Positions 40,564 to 54,002 are shown, counted from the stretch's first letter. The stretch is 64,000 nucleotides of DNA from Octopus sinensis (GCF_006345805.1 NC_043003.1:65162001-65226000); one strand, 5' to 3'. Numbers and translations: made by a program. Notes: a model not told the origin generated them from the sequence alone.

Positions 40564-42355
40564 CTGTTGACAACAAGAATTTACTGCGCCCTTAAAACTA
40601 TTTTTCGTTTAGGGTTTATACACTGAACCTTAAACTTTTATTTTATCGTATTTTTTTCCATTTTGTTAATCTAATCAAAACTTACTAAGAGTTATAGAAA
40701 GAAAGAGTTATTAATCCCTGAACAGTTACAGGCTAAAGCAAAACTAATTACTCAGAACAGCAATGAAATTCCAATAAAAAATGCATAATGTAGATGTATG
40801 CGTATTTGTATATGTTTATATATTAACACACACACACACACACGCACACACGCACATACACACACACATATATATATGCATACGTACACACACACACGCA
40901 CACACACATATATATAGTACGTACACACACATACATCCATGCTTGTACGTGTTTGTAGATATATCATATATGTATACACACACACACATATATATGTATA
41001 TATCTATATAAATACACACATACATATATATACATATATATATATATGCATATATATATATATATACACATATACATATGTATATAGATACATACATATA
41101 TATGTATATATATAAATGTATACATACATATATATGTATATATACATATAAAAGCGCATATGTATACGTATATATGTACGTATGTATCATATACATATGC
41201 ATACGTGTTTCGTATGTATGTATACATGTGAGCGTCTGTATGTGTAGATGAGCGCATTTGTGTCTCTATATGCGTTTATGAACAATCAATTATTGAAGTA
41301 ACAAAACCCACACACACTAATAGAGATACAAAATAAAAATAAATCACAAACAAAAACAAACAAAAAAAAACAGTAAGAAGAAAATAAATCTTTGGCCTGT
41401 CTTTTAACAGTATTAACAGTTTGTAAGAATTGATTATCCAAAATGTCTTTCTGATGGAGGAACGACTGGAAAGCAAATCAACAATTGCGCAAGTTGATGT
41501 CTATTTAATGTGCTCGACTGAAAAGTTAGTGTTATTGATGGTAAATGTCAGAAATTAGATGATAGGAAAAATATATACAAAAAAATATATATATAAACCA
41601 TAGAATAACAAAAGTTCACCGGGAGCACACTCAAAATAGCAATAGTTTACAAGTATTACTAAAGACTATCGTAGTCTTTTTTCGTTTCTAATCATTTCTA
41701 TTCCTTAGTTAAATTCAACAGATACGTGAATACGCGAAAGTTATTATTAGTGAGATGGCTTATGAAAATGGAAGAGATTACTTCAGGAAAATAATTCGGT
41801 GTATGTAGTTCAGTATCTAATTGGAAATCTGGCTAGGTTAGTCTATAGCACGCTTTATATATTTAAAACCGCGTTGTTTTATGGAGTTGTTTTTTAATTT
41901 GTTTCTGCATGTCTCTATAGATTCAAAAGAGAGAAATGTACTTCCTATAAAAGTACACATTTTAAGTGCTTACTGTGAAATTGGATTTGATAACATGATA
42001 TGCACAACTCCATTGGAAACTGAGGTTTAATATGACTCTCAATATATCATATTCATAGGAAAAAAAGATGAATCCTATCTGCAGATATCTATCGGTAGTA
42101 TAATAATCATGTCATTGTGTTATCATATCGGTTTTTTTAATGTAGTTATATATGATATTTTGTTTAGATAGTAACCAATAGCACACAATTGTAAATATAA
42201 TAGATAGAAGAAAAAAGGTGATACGTGTTTGCAAGATCACAACGCCAGCGCATTATATAACCATGCATTTGTCTATTAGAGTAGAGTCATTCAATGGTAT
42301 GCTAGATGTAAATGAGAAAGATGGGCAAGCATTATGAAAAGCTTCTGTGTATGCT

Positions 42356-42399
<44 letters not shown>

Positions 42400-42547
42400 T
42401 GTGTTTGCATGCGTGTGTATACAGATACATATAAAAATATACGTCAAATTCGTATTCATGTCTTCTATTTTTTAATTGCTATAAATCTTCCACTGAGTAT
42501 GGAGCCAATTTCCAACAAAGATGCAAGGCTCCATCTTTGGGGTGTAG

Positions 42548-43320
42548 TTAATACAGACAAATTCGCATTTGGAACTTGAGAAAAGTGTTGCATATGTTTT
42601 ATGTTCCGCTCACAGATTGCACTTGTAATGTACCAATTAGCCGGTCGATTTCTCTTTCTGAAAATCCCAGTTTATCCAGATTCTCCTTTAAGCATTTACT
42701 AACAAAACCTAGTGCTCCAATTATTATTGGTATGAATATGAATACATAGTCTGGATATAGACGTTGAGGGTTTCGAAGCAGTAGTCCAGAGATATCCTCT
42801 TTTTCTTTGATTTTCAATGAGATATTCATATCTGCAGAGCAGCTGACCTCATTAATGGTACATACCTTTGTCCCTCTGTCCCAGACAACAATATCCAGCA
42901 TATTATGTTTACAGTTGAAAGAAGCTTTGATGGCAATATTCTACCAGTATTCCTTGAGTTTGTGTTTATGAATGTATTCCATAACAAAGGGGTTTTCTAA
43001 GTTTGACAGTCTATTTCTTTGGATGGCATTGTAAATTGTTTTAGATACAGCGTCGTGCCGCATAAGGAGATGATACCGTGGCGACATTTTGGGACAGGTG
43101 CTAATCTTGGGACAGGTGATGTCTTCCACTGTAACATAACATAGCCTTCACATACGGTTGCATCTTGGGATTACAAGAGCGTCACTGCCTCTCTTGTTCA
43201 CCAGGTTCTTTGATGTAATCTGTTCCTGGATTGCAAACGCATAGCCTTCAAAGTGTGATGTAGTAGTCTTGTGTCCATTTTACTGTCTTCTTCAAGCTTC
43301 CGGGCAACATACTCATGCAA
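42548..43320 (-). mobile_element. 3' fragment of a divergent REL-endonuclease non-LTR retrotransposon (R4/NeSL-like)
   Basis: HFEGYAFAIQEQ, RHDAVSKTIY, (P)DIVVWDR..CTI.EVSC.AD, IPIIIGALG, LQVQSVSGT. Stops and frameshifts present. Confidence 0.85.
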
Positions 43321-43344
43321 AGTCTGTTTGTTTGTCTGTGTCTA

Positions 43345-43422
<78 letters not shown>

Positions 43423-43423
43423 A

Positions 43424-43499
<76 letters not shown>

Positions 43500-43639
43500 A
43501 AACTGTTTCGAGAGAGATCTAACGCTTGCAGGGTGTCGGACTAGTTGAGCTTGCTTCTCCACTGCATCAGCCCGGTTTCGATCACAGTCTGTGACCCATT
43601 TGACAAATGTTTTATATCATTGTCATGGGTTAACCCAAG

Positions 43640-44277
43640 CACTGTACTTGAAATAGGGAAACTACAGTCTAGAAGACGAGTCTCGTCCTAGAAGATCTGT
43701 GGAGCTCAACGAGGATGTCCTGCAAACCCTGATGGAACAAAACCCTCTTAGGTGGGATATGAAAGGTTTAGTCCACTTGGAACTTTTAAACCCAAATGAA
43801 ACAATAACAAAGGAGATCTATTGGGAGCAGCTTGAGCGTCTTAAGTCAGTGCTAGAAGAAAAACGACCATGTTTGGTTTCAAAACGAAAGGTGCTCTTCC
43901 ATCAGGATAGTGCTCGGTCACATACAGCGAGGATGATATTGCAAATCCTGAAGCAGGTTGAATAGAAAACGATGCCCCACCCACCATATTCGCCAGACAT
44001 TGCCCCATCTGATTATCATTTGTTCTGCGGTCTTCAAAATCATTTGGACGGAGAAATTATGAATTTTGTGGACGAGGTCAGAACAGTAGTGGAGGAGTAT
44101 TTTTCGTCACGGACAAGTGAATTTTGGAAGGGGAACCTTTCAAGTCTATCAGATAGTTGGGAGAGCATTGTAGAAAATGAAGGAGAGTATAATTTATATT
44201 TAAAAAATAACTTTGTTTACATTAATTTTGAAAAATATAATTATAAAAAAATCTCATGTTTATGGGGTGGTCCAGTA
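43640..44277 (+). mobile_element. Mariner (DD34D) transposon relic with internal deletion and 3' TIR+TA
   Basis: GNYSLEDE.R HTH remnant joined to WDMKGLVHLELL, HQDSARSH and PHPPYSPDIAPSDYHLF. Ends ...ttatggggtggtccag-TA. Confidence 0.92.
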
Positions 44278-44279
44278 AT

Positions 44280-44525
44280 GTGTGTGTATGTGTGCATGAA
44301 TGCCCGAGCGTGTGTGGTTCTTTGTGTTTGTCCCCTGCCATTGCTTTTCAATCGGTATTGGTTTGCTTCAATCCCCGTATCTTAGCGGTTCAGCAAAAAT
44401 GGACCGATACAATAAGCACGAGGCATAAGAAAAAATGTACTGTGTTCGTTTCATTCGACTAAAAGACAAATTCTTGAAGGGGTGCTCTAGTATGACCGAA
44501 GTCTAATGACTGAAGCGAAAGATTA
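44280..44525 (+). mobile_element. Degenerate SINE family A 3' half
   Basis: tgtgtttgtcccc...cttagcggttcagcaaaa...ggtgctctagtatgacc. Confidence 0.7.
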
Positions 44526-46559
44526 AAGCTGTTTTCGAACATAATTTTATCTATATTTACATAATGAAATCCTTCGCTATTTCTAAATAATATCTGAAAT
44601 GCATCGCAGAAATCTAGGAATAGAAAGAATATGCTCTACAAACCAATGTGCCATTGTGACTTATTTTTTTAAGGCAAGAAGGTTATTTCATGATTTGGCT
44701 ATCCTCTCTAGTTGGTCAAGCGCATGTCCGTTTCGTGTGTGTCTATTTCGTATGTTGCATGAATTTTCATATGGTTGCAGACATAGTTTTGTGGTTAAGA
44801 AGCTTGCTTTGCAATGACATGGCTCCAAGTTCAGTCCCTCTGCACGGCAGTTTGGGCATGCACCTTTTATTATAGCCCTGAGGCGTCCAATGCCCTGTGA
44901 GGGAATTTGGTAGACACAAACTGTGTGGAAGCCAGTTGTATAAAAATATGTGTGTGTATGTGTGTGCAATGCATTTTGTATTCTCTTCGTCATGCTTATA
45001 TGTGCGTGTGAGTGTATACATACATATATACATACAAACACACACACGCACACACATATATATGATTGATACATGAAACGGAAGTTGGATTTGGTAGGAA
45101 ATTTTATTGCACTACGATCGTTTCGACCCATTATGCATCTGTCCCATGGAGGTAGGATATTGTGCATCTGGTTGTGTTGCATCAGTCAGTACAGGATGTG
45201 TCACTTCAGGTGCTTGATTCAGAAAAAGATGTCCCACTAAATATATTGAGATCTTCTCAGAATGGTCTGGCTAGTTGTACATTGTTACACTGGCAGAGGG
45301 TAGGATAAGTTTGTGGTTGTACCGGCAAATGGGGCTGTCTTTCCTTTATCTACTCTAAACTCAACGAACACTACGGATTTCCTGACGTATATCCAGTGAA
45401 AATTATATCGTTACTTTGAATGACATCAGGTAGCTCAAACGGTGTATGTGCTTTCATCGACATACTAATAGACATACACCCAAGGTCAAAGTAGCTACTT
45501 CCACACACACACACACACACACGTGATTTTGTGTTTATCTCACCCTCTTCACTTGACAACCGGTGTTTGTTTGTTTACGCACCCGTAACATAAGTGCCAG
45601 ATTTAAAAAGAATTCTTAGGGGATGCACTCGATTTGATCAACTAGGACCCTTCAAGCCCTGCTCCTGCATGGTCGCAGCCCAATGGCAAAAACAATTAAA
45701 CGATAAAAGATGGATAAATAATTTTAGGTTTGTGTGAAATTATAAATATGAAATATAATACTAAAATAAATTTAGTTTAAGAATTGTAGTAACATTGCAG
45801 AGAGTCTAAACGTGTCTATTTTGTGCAGTCTTACAGATTTATCATCGTATTCGTTTAGGAATTAAAATTTTGCAGCATAGGTCCTTTCAATTTATGCATT
45901 CGTGAACTGGCAAATTATTTATAGGGAAACAAGATCACTTTGATTAAGGAGGTTATGAAAGCTAAAGGTTCTACTAGATTTCCTGTAGCCATTATCGTTA
46001 TTCAATCATTACTATAATCATTACAATTTGCAGATTATTAGTAAATATAATATGATTCAATAAGCTACTTATAATGATATTTCTCAGGTTATCTCCAGGT
46101 CAGGCTGCGAAGAATAACCTCTAACACTGTATGTGTGAATTTAAGTTAGATGTTAATGTGAGTGACAATTCGTAGTATGTGTAACATTTTACGAATATAA
46201 ATCTAACGTTTATACATGACGCCAGCAGTAACAGGTTGACAGGTTTTTCAGATCTCCTATCTTGCTATGAAATTTTAACAATATGTACATATTTCTTTTA
46301 AATTATGCTGCGACATATTGAGTTTCAAGCCGTTATTGAACGATTTGGCGTAAGAGGACGTCCTTACGTCTCACTCATATGGTTTGGAACAAGTTATCTT
46401 GAAATCAATGACAAGTCTATTAGTATACAACGAAAACACACATACACTCATACACAAACGTAAACAAATAACAAAGAAACAACAGAGCTTATAAATTAGG
46501 AAAATATATGTCGTCTCATGAATGGTATACATACATACATACATACATACATACATACG

Positions 46560-46607
<48 letters not shown>

Positions 46608-46952
46608 ATTTGCTCTTTTGTTTTCCTTTTAATAGTTGTTTTTCATTGTTTTTCGTATGACGTAAATAACTGCAGCTCTGATTGGGAAGTTACTAGATAC
46701 AATTGATAAAAGAAATAAGAAAGACATTCAAGACAATTCTTGTCATTTCTTCTCTTTCGTTCTTCCTTTCTTTCTTTCTTTCTTTTCATTCTTCTGCTTT
46801 TTTTTTCGCAATGTTTTGATCATTTTTTGCATTGTTTCTAAAGCTGAGTAATTATATTTGTCTGTAGTTAATAACCGGGTTCGACTTCGATTGTGTGTGT
46901 ATATACATACATAGTGAAAGAAGGAGAGATATACACATGCATACACACACAC

Positions 46953-46990
<38 letters not shown>

Positions 46991-48004
46991 TATATATATA
47001 TTATATATGTATGTATGTATGATGTATGTATGTATGTATGTATGTATGTATGTATATCTAAAAGCACGTATATGTATATTGACAAGTATGGTCAGTTGTT
47101 TATCAGACAACTCAATATTCGCTAAGTAAGAGCAGCTATTTTATTGTTTTATACTTTCTGAACACAACAACAAAAAATAACCTGCCCCACTTCGAACTAT
47201 AGATATTCCAGTTCATTGTCCTGAAAAAAAAACAAAGAAAATCAATTGTAAATTAACGGCCATAGACACATTTATATGATTAAGTCGTCATTCGAGTTGC
47301 TAAAATGGTAGCCAAATCTCCCTCAAATCCTACTCTTCAGCAGTGATTCTCAATATTTTTAATCTCTTGCTGTGTAACGAATAGGAAGTTATAAAAAACT
47401 AGTAGCCATCTTTGCATGAGTTTTGGAAATAATAGATTTTATTGTTAAAAATGTAGAATTCTTCTTATTAACTGGTTTTGGCAATCATATTTGTGCATAA
47501 TAAAATATGGAAACATGTTTTCCTATATCAAGCATTAAATTATAAAGATTGTTTGCCAACGTAACATAGCAGTCCTGTTTTAGGACGAATATTGATGTAA
47601 TTTAACCCTAGGAGACACATCTCCAGCTGGCTATACGACACGATCTGTGTCATATTTTCGAAGTAGGGAATCCAGTACCGCCACTCAGCTCAAGCAATAT
47701 CTGTGTATCACGATTTCCGAGTTATTTTCCTTCATTAGTACAGAATAATTGTTCGGCTGGAGGTGGCGCTGCCAAATTCCCGTTTGAAAAGTATTGTTTA
47801 TACATTACATTATAGTTCAAGAATCCGCACAAAAGACGTCCTTTGAGAAACGCTGCCGTTGTTAAATAAAGAATGGACGTATGGACTGTAGAAGTCTTAC
47901 ATAAAGTGAATGAGATGAGAGGTTCACGTCTAGAGCGCCTCTAGTTGTAGGTTTGCTGAGTCGGAGAATAAGAGTAACTGAGATGGTCACAAAATTGACG
48001 TAAA

Positions 48005-48335
48005 TGTAACTGGCACTCCGTGGGTTATGACGACGAGGGTTCCAGTTGATCCGATCAGTGGTACATCCTACTCGTGAAATTAACGTGCACATGGCTGAGT
48101 ACTCCATAGACATGCGATCACTTAACGCAGTTGTCAGGGAGATTCGGTGTGACATGGAATGTCACTGGGGCGGCGCTTTGAAATACAGATGCTGCACATT
48201 TTTACCAGCTGACTGAACAAGAACAACGTGAAATAGAGTGTTTTGCAGAAGGATACAACGCCCCACCAGGTATCGAACTGACTAACTTACTATCTTGAAC
48301 TGAATACTCCTAGCCACTCAGCCATGCACTTTCAC
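48005..48335 (-). mobile_element. SINE family C
   Basis: gtaactggcactccgtgggttatgacgacgaggg tail and tRNA-like head (cctagccactcagccatgc). Confidence 0.8.
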
Positions 48336-48619
48336 AAACGTAACTGCACCTTAGACACAGAACCACACAAATATATAATCATCCATGTATGTGTCTATAT
48401 GAGGGTATTTATAATAATGCATATACGTTAGAATTAATATTCTGTCTACCAATTGATCCAATGGACCTATTTCAGTTTTTTCAGTTGCTTTTTCTTACTG
48501 TTTATATCATTTGATTCTGCTGATTTCTCGTGACTCTTATTTTTTCTTGACTCTCTTTTATTTGTCAAATGGGAAATTTTCCGTAGGTTTATAAAAGCTA
48601 GAAAATTTAACTTTATACA

Positions 48620-49694
48620 TTAATCGCTGTACGGGTCCATTGGAACCTCGAAATAAATGCAGACAATACTTTTGTCATTCTAAACAGAATAAAAGCAGTA
48701 TCAAATATTGTTTTCCTAGATATTTATCAGATACAGAAAAGATAAAATTGTATTCAATTTATTTGCTGAATTTTAGATAAAATAGGAAAAATTATGAAAA
48801 TATTCCTGTAAATTTGTGTGGTGTTGCATCACCTTCAATCTGCTAGGTTATAGGGTGCTGCAATATTTCTATGTGATGACGCAATTCTTACAATATATTG
48901 TATCATCTTTCAGGAGAGTATAAATATGTGAAAGAACAATATCTGCCTTTAGTTTGCTACCAAGTTTCAAATAGTTCAGTCGAGCTTTCCAGTATGCCTA
49001 GACGTGAAAACTTGAGTAAAGACCAAATATGGAAAAGGTTATTGGAATTAGATGAAGAATGGGAAGAAGGTAGTAGTGATTCCTTCTATTGCTTTGAAGA
49101 TGATGGTGAAAATGATTGCGTGCTGGACCGTTTAGGATATGTGTCATCAGATGATGAAGATACTCAAAAACAATTAACTGCAAGTCCCCCAATTATGAAT
49201 GAGCCTTATGTTCCTAGATACAGACGAGGAGTTTGGGATTCTAATCCCCTTATTCACTCAGCAGTAAGAATTCCATGTTGCAATATTGTGCGCCAAGAAT
49301 GTGGACCATCCTATTTTACTAAAAGTTCTTGCGATAGCATTGAAACATATTTTACTATCTTTATGAGCCAGAATCTTCTTGAAGTAATTCGTAATTGGAC
49401 AAATCTTGAAGGTCAGGTTGTTTACAAAGATAATTGGAAGGAAATTGATCACTCTGAACTAAAGAAATTTAATGGACTGATTATTCTTATAGTTATTTAT
49501 AAATCTAAACATGAATATGTCACACAGTTATGAGTCGGGGAAGATTTCAAAGGATTTTACAAGTATTGCGTTTTGATGATGCTAGTGCAAGAAGAAAAAG
49601 GAGAAATGATGATAACTTGGAGCTCATAAGAAAAATATTTGAAATGTTAAATCAGAATTTGCAAGATAGATATGTTCCAAGTTCATGCATGACA
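48620..49694 (+). mobile_element. piggyBac transposon relic (N-terminal transposase, PGBD4-like), truncated before the first catalytic D
   Basis: ORF 48898-49533 has an acidic N-terminus then NIVRQECGP..F..F.SQNLLEVIRNWTN..G..ELKKF.GLII. After a stop it continues FQRILQVLRFDD..RR..DD.LE.IRKIFE..NQNLQ..YVP..CMT. Possible TTAA at 48620. Confidence 0.88.
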
Positions 49695-49774
49695 GAATTT
49701 TAAATTTATATACAAGCACAGTTCCAGACATTAGTTAAAACACATCAACATCAGTAAACTACACCAAAACAAAT

Positions 49775-49834
<60 letters not shown>

Positions 49835-49837
<3 letters not shown>

Positions 49838-50195
49838 GGTGTCCATAAATTCTCTACGATTTAAAAAATTTATTACAAAGGCGACTGATGGGATATGTTT
49901 ATAAGATTTATTCTACGTTCTCAGTAGTTATTAAAGTTTTTAACCACATTCTGTTTTTCAGGTGTCCTGTTAATGGAAAAGGTTCTGTTAAATGAAACAC
50001 CCAAAGAAGTGGCTACTCATCATGAAATGGTACAATGTGTTTACTGAAACGAAATTGGGGTACGCAGACCCAGTGAAACTACAGGATAAAGTATGAAAGA
50101 GGTCCATCGTCTCGTCCGTCAATTCGTGCATAGCACAAAGAATTTATGGAAGCAGGAATAGTGTTGGTTAAAGGGAGGAGTGGACGACCAAAATT
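49835..50195 (+). mobile_element. 5' fragment of a Tc1/mariner element (maT/DD37D-like) inserted in (TA)n
   Basis: TA-CAGGGTGTCCATAAA terminus. Decayed HTH: TQTQ.NYR.KY.R.PSSRPSIRA.HKEFMEAG.VL.KGRSGRP. Confidence 0.82.
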
Positions 50196-50209
50196 ATCTG
50201 ATATATATG

Positions 50210-50330
<121 letters not shown>

Positions 50331-50344
50331 GTGTGTGTGTGTGT

Positions 50345-50520
50345 GACCGCGTGTGTGCCGTTGGCAATTTTTTTCCCTCTGTCTTCCCTTCTCTGGATCT
50401 TTCCTTCTATGTTTCCGACGAAGAGCTCCGCTCGAAACGTTAAACCCTCCTTCTTTCCATCTTTCCTGAGCGTCCAATAATACTATATTTGTTCCACGTC
50501 CTCGCGTTGCTGTGTTTTTT
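50345..50520 (+). mobile_element. Penelope-type repeat fragment, second family
   Basis: Pyrimidine-rich repeat containing ccgacgaagagctccgctcgaaacgt. Confidence 0.55.
50411..50445 (+). ncRNA. Minimal type I hammerhead-ribozyme-like motif (U4C variant, GUU site)
   Basis: GTTT-CCGACGA-A-GAGC(tcc)GCTC-GAAA-CG-TT-AAAC. Confidence 0.55.
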
Positions 50521-50537
50521 GTGCTTTCATGTTGGAT

Positions 50538-50581
<44 letters not shown>

Positions 50582-51458
50582 ATATATGTTGTGTCTGGGG
50601 AGAGGCATTTTGTTTTTGTGCCTTATAATTTATTTAACACACTCACCAGTAAAATTTCCACATATTTCTTATTTTTATTTTCCTAAAATTTTCGTTGCGT
50701 CTTGCAACATTTGCAATGGTCTTGACTCTCAGGATTATTGAAAGGGCATAAAAAGAAAATGACTCTCCTCAGACACAACAGAATATGCTTCAACACACGA
50801 ACTCACATAAAGAATCTTGTAAACCAAATCCCAAAACGAAATATATATATGTATGCATATATATGTATATATATATATGAACACCTCCATATGCATATGG
50901 TTAATTTTAACCATATGTTCTAATTATCGCGGCTGGCGTTTCTTTGTTTGATTCATAACTTCAGTTGTTGGCTTTCCTTGGGACAGCACTGCTGCTTTAG
51001 CAGTTCTCATACATTATGTTCAAGAATGTAAAATGCTCCTGCTTTTTAATGAACCCAGCATTAGCTTGTTCATTTTTTAAAACTCTATAATGACTCTGAT
51101 ATAGGAATATCCAGATGTTTCACTTTTTGTGATTACATGTTCGTTGTTAAAATCCATTTTTGCCACATTGACGTGATTCACATCCATTCTTCGAAGCAAA
51201 CTTGGAGGTGGAAGCGGGAACTCGTTAAAAACTCTTCAGAAAATTAGCCATCGCAGAATGACCACTAGGATGATTATCTAGCCATCATCAACTTTCAAAA
51301 TAGCTGGAGCTGAGATATAATTCTTTGAACCTGAAACCCAGAATATCTTCAGCTGGCGGCCGATCCGTCAACACCAGAACTAAAATATGTGTCGTTGAAA
51401 GAAAATTTAAAGCTGAAGAAAAGAGAAATGTAAGATGCAACCACAACAACAAACTCGC

Positions 51459-51552
51459 ATTCAACGATCTCTTCCTCGTCCTTGTTATTCCTGCTGCCTA
51501 TTTTAAGCAACGTTTGGGCTTCTTTGCCATCAACGTCAATATTATGCGTCCC
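51459..51552 (-). CDS. Weak candidate coding exon (GTHNIDVDGKEAQTLLKIGSRNNKDEEEIVE)
   Basis: T-rich acceptor ttttattcttattaagcag and a single open frame with protein-like composition. The donor would be non-canonical (gcgagt). Confidence 0.25.
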
Positions 51553-51708
51553 CTGCTTAATAAGAATAAAACTGAAAGTCTCTGCGACGAGAAACAATCG
51601 CCAACGACCACGCGGTCGTCGAGAATGCACGCACAGACACACACACACACGCCACACACATACACACACATACATGCACACGTACCTATACATACATACA
51701 TACATACA

Positions 51709-51803
<95 letters not shown>

Positions 51804-52190
51804 ATATAATATATATTATGTACATGCATGCATCGCGCTCTTAAAGGAACGTTCATAGACGGATATACATAAGGGTACGATAGAAAAATTATTTTGGAAG
51901 TGTTTTATCGTCCCTGTATACACACACACATATATATGCATATACATATATATACATATGTATATATATATATATATATATGATATATATACACATATAC
52001 ATATATATGTTTATACACGTATATATATTATATACATACAAACATCATTGAGACCGGAGATGATGAAAATAAATGTATAATGTTTAGATTGGTAGTTACG
52101 TATAACAGAAGGCTAGTTAAATAGATGGGTGAATGTGATAACAAAGAGAAAATTAGAAGGTATGCACACACACTCACACACTCACACACA

Positions 52191-52232
<42 letters not shown>

Positions 52233-52251
52233 TATATATATATAGTTATGC

Positions 52252-52300
<49 letters not shown>

Positions 52301-52396
52301 ATATATATATATATTATATATATATATAATATGCATTATATATATATATTATATATATATATATGCATATACATATATGCATACACACACACACAC

Positions 52397-52454
<58 letters not shown>

Positions 52455-53751
52455 CATATATATATAAATATATACACACATTCATTTGCAGATATGTTTA
52501 TCTTCAAATATACAATGAATTTTTTTATATACGTTTCATAAAAAAACATGACAAAGTGGAAATGTTGGAATAAAGGAGAGAGGGAAACAGGGAGAGAGAG
52601 TGGGGGTGGGGTGAGCGAGTGATAGAAAGTAATCATGGCAGGAAATAGATTAACAGATGCCGGAAGTGGATTAAAATCTAACCGAAATGAAGTCTGAGAT
52701 TTCATAAGAACGGATGTTGGTGGAATAGTGTAAGAAAATACAAAGAGATGAAATATTTTAATGTTATTCTGTTGTTTGGCCATTAATGGAGATTGGAGTT
52801 TGGCAAGTGAGTTTGTTGATTTTATAGTAATTAAGTTTTCTCTCAACACTGGATCTATGAAGAAACAGAACCACGCAATGTATATACGTTCAAGATTATC
52901 CGGTGATTATATGATTATTTCTTTTCACCTGAGGTCAATAACATGATGATTTATGGTTTGCGTGCGAATAACGATACCTCTAGAGAGTCGCTCCACCAGC
53001 CAGAACTAGCAGCTAAAAAATCGTTCGATGCAAACACCAGTTTCTTAAAGGGAAGAGAAATACTTTTGGTAATGCCCTACTGGATATATTATGCCTGAAA
53101 AAAAAAAAAAAATGAAAGAAAGAGATGGCCTGGTCCCGGTATTTTTGCCACTGACCATAAGCTTGCTGAAGCATCGTTGATCTGGGGTTCAATTGGCAGT
53201 CCCCAGAGAAATGCTAGACATGCGCACCATCTACCCCAAATACGAAGAATGTTTTTACTCTTTGATAATTCTTCTTACTGCAGTCAGAAGGCCTGAAACT
53301 TTAGGAGAGGGGACTAGTCGATTGCATGGACCCTAATGTTTAACTGCTCCTTATTTCAACAATCCCGAAAGGATGAAAAGCAGCATAATATGAATTCAGA
53401 ACATAAAGACAGACGAAATGCCGCTGAGCATGTGAAACATAAAAGAATTTGAATCACTGTAATTTTTTCTCCGCTCAGAGTATCGCATTCGTTCGAAATG
53501 TTTAAGGACATCTATGTTTTATGAACCCTAGTAATTTTTTCCAACCCTTTTTTGCATTGACTAGAAGCACCCTTCTACGAGAAACATAGTGTTAAACAGC
53601 AACAAGAGTTTACGAAGTAAATGAAGAAGCAGGTATGTGATTGTTCTTGTGTATATTTGGCTTGTGAAATTCTAAATGCGAATTCGTGTATTAAAAAAAT
53701 CTAGTGTCTAGGGAGGGTTGTTATTCTGATAATCATTTTCCTTTCCAGTTA

Positions 53752-53990
53752 AGGCCATCGAATGAGGAGGCTAAAAACAGAAACAATTCCTATCATAGTA
53801 GGCGCATTAGGTATGATAAAAAGAAATTGGGACAAAGACATAGCAAGAACACCAGGACTAACAAGTATATATAACATACAGAAAATAGCACTAAAAGGTA
53901 CCGCACACATCCTATGTAAAACACTTTCAATACAGTGAAAGCACGTGATAAAAAAATAAGACTACTAACTGATGATGGTAATAATAATAT
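53752..53990 (+). mobile_element. Extreme 3' end of an R4/Dong LINE with GAT/AAT tail
   Basis: LKTETIPIIVGALGMIK...IQKIALKGTAHILCKTLSIQ*. Confidence 0.85.
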
Positions 53991-54002
53991 TATTATTATT
54001 AT

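Noticed and set aside
46088-46128. Plus-strand micro-exon candidate (GYLQVRLRRITSNT) with ag/gtatgt; similar candidates near 24770-24830 (+) and 46377-46418 (-)
   Set aside because: These are isolated splice-like matches without a phase-compatible neighbour, expected by chance in 64 kb.
50894-50917. 11-bp hairpin catatggttaa-tt-ttaaccatatg
   Set aside because: It is short, AT-rich and adjacent to TA-rich sequence, and could easily arise by chance or slippage.
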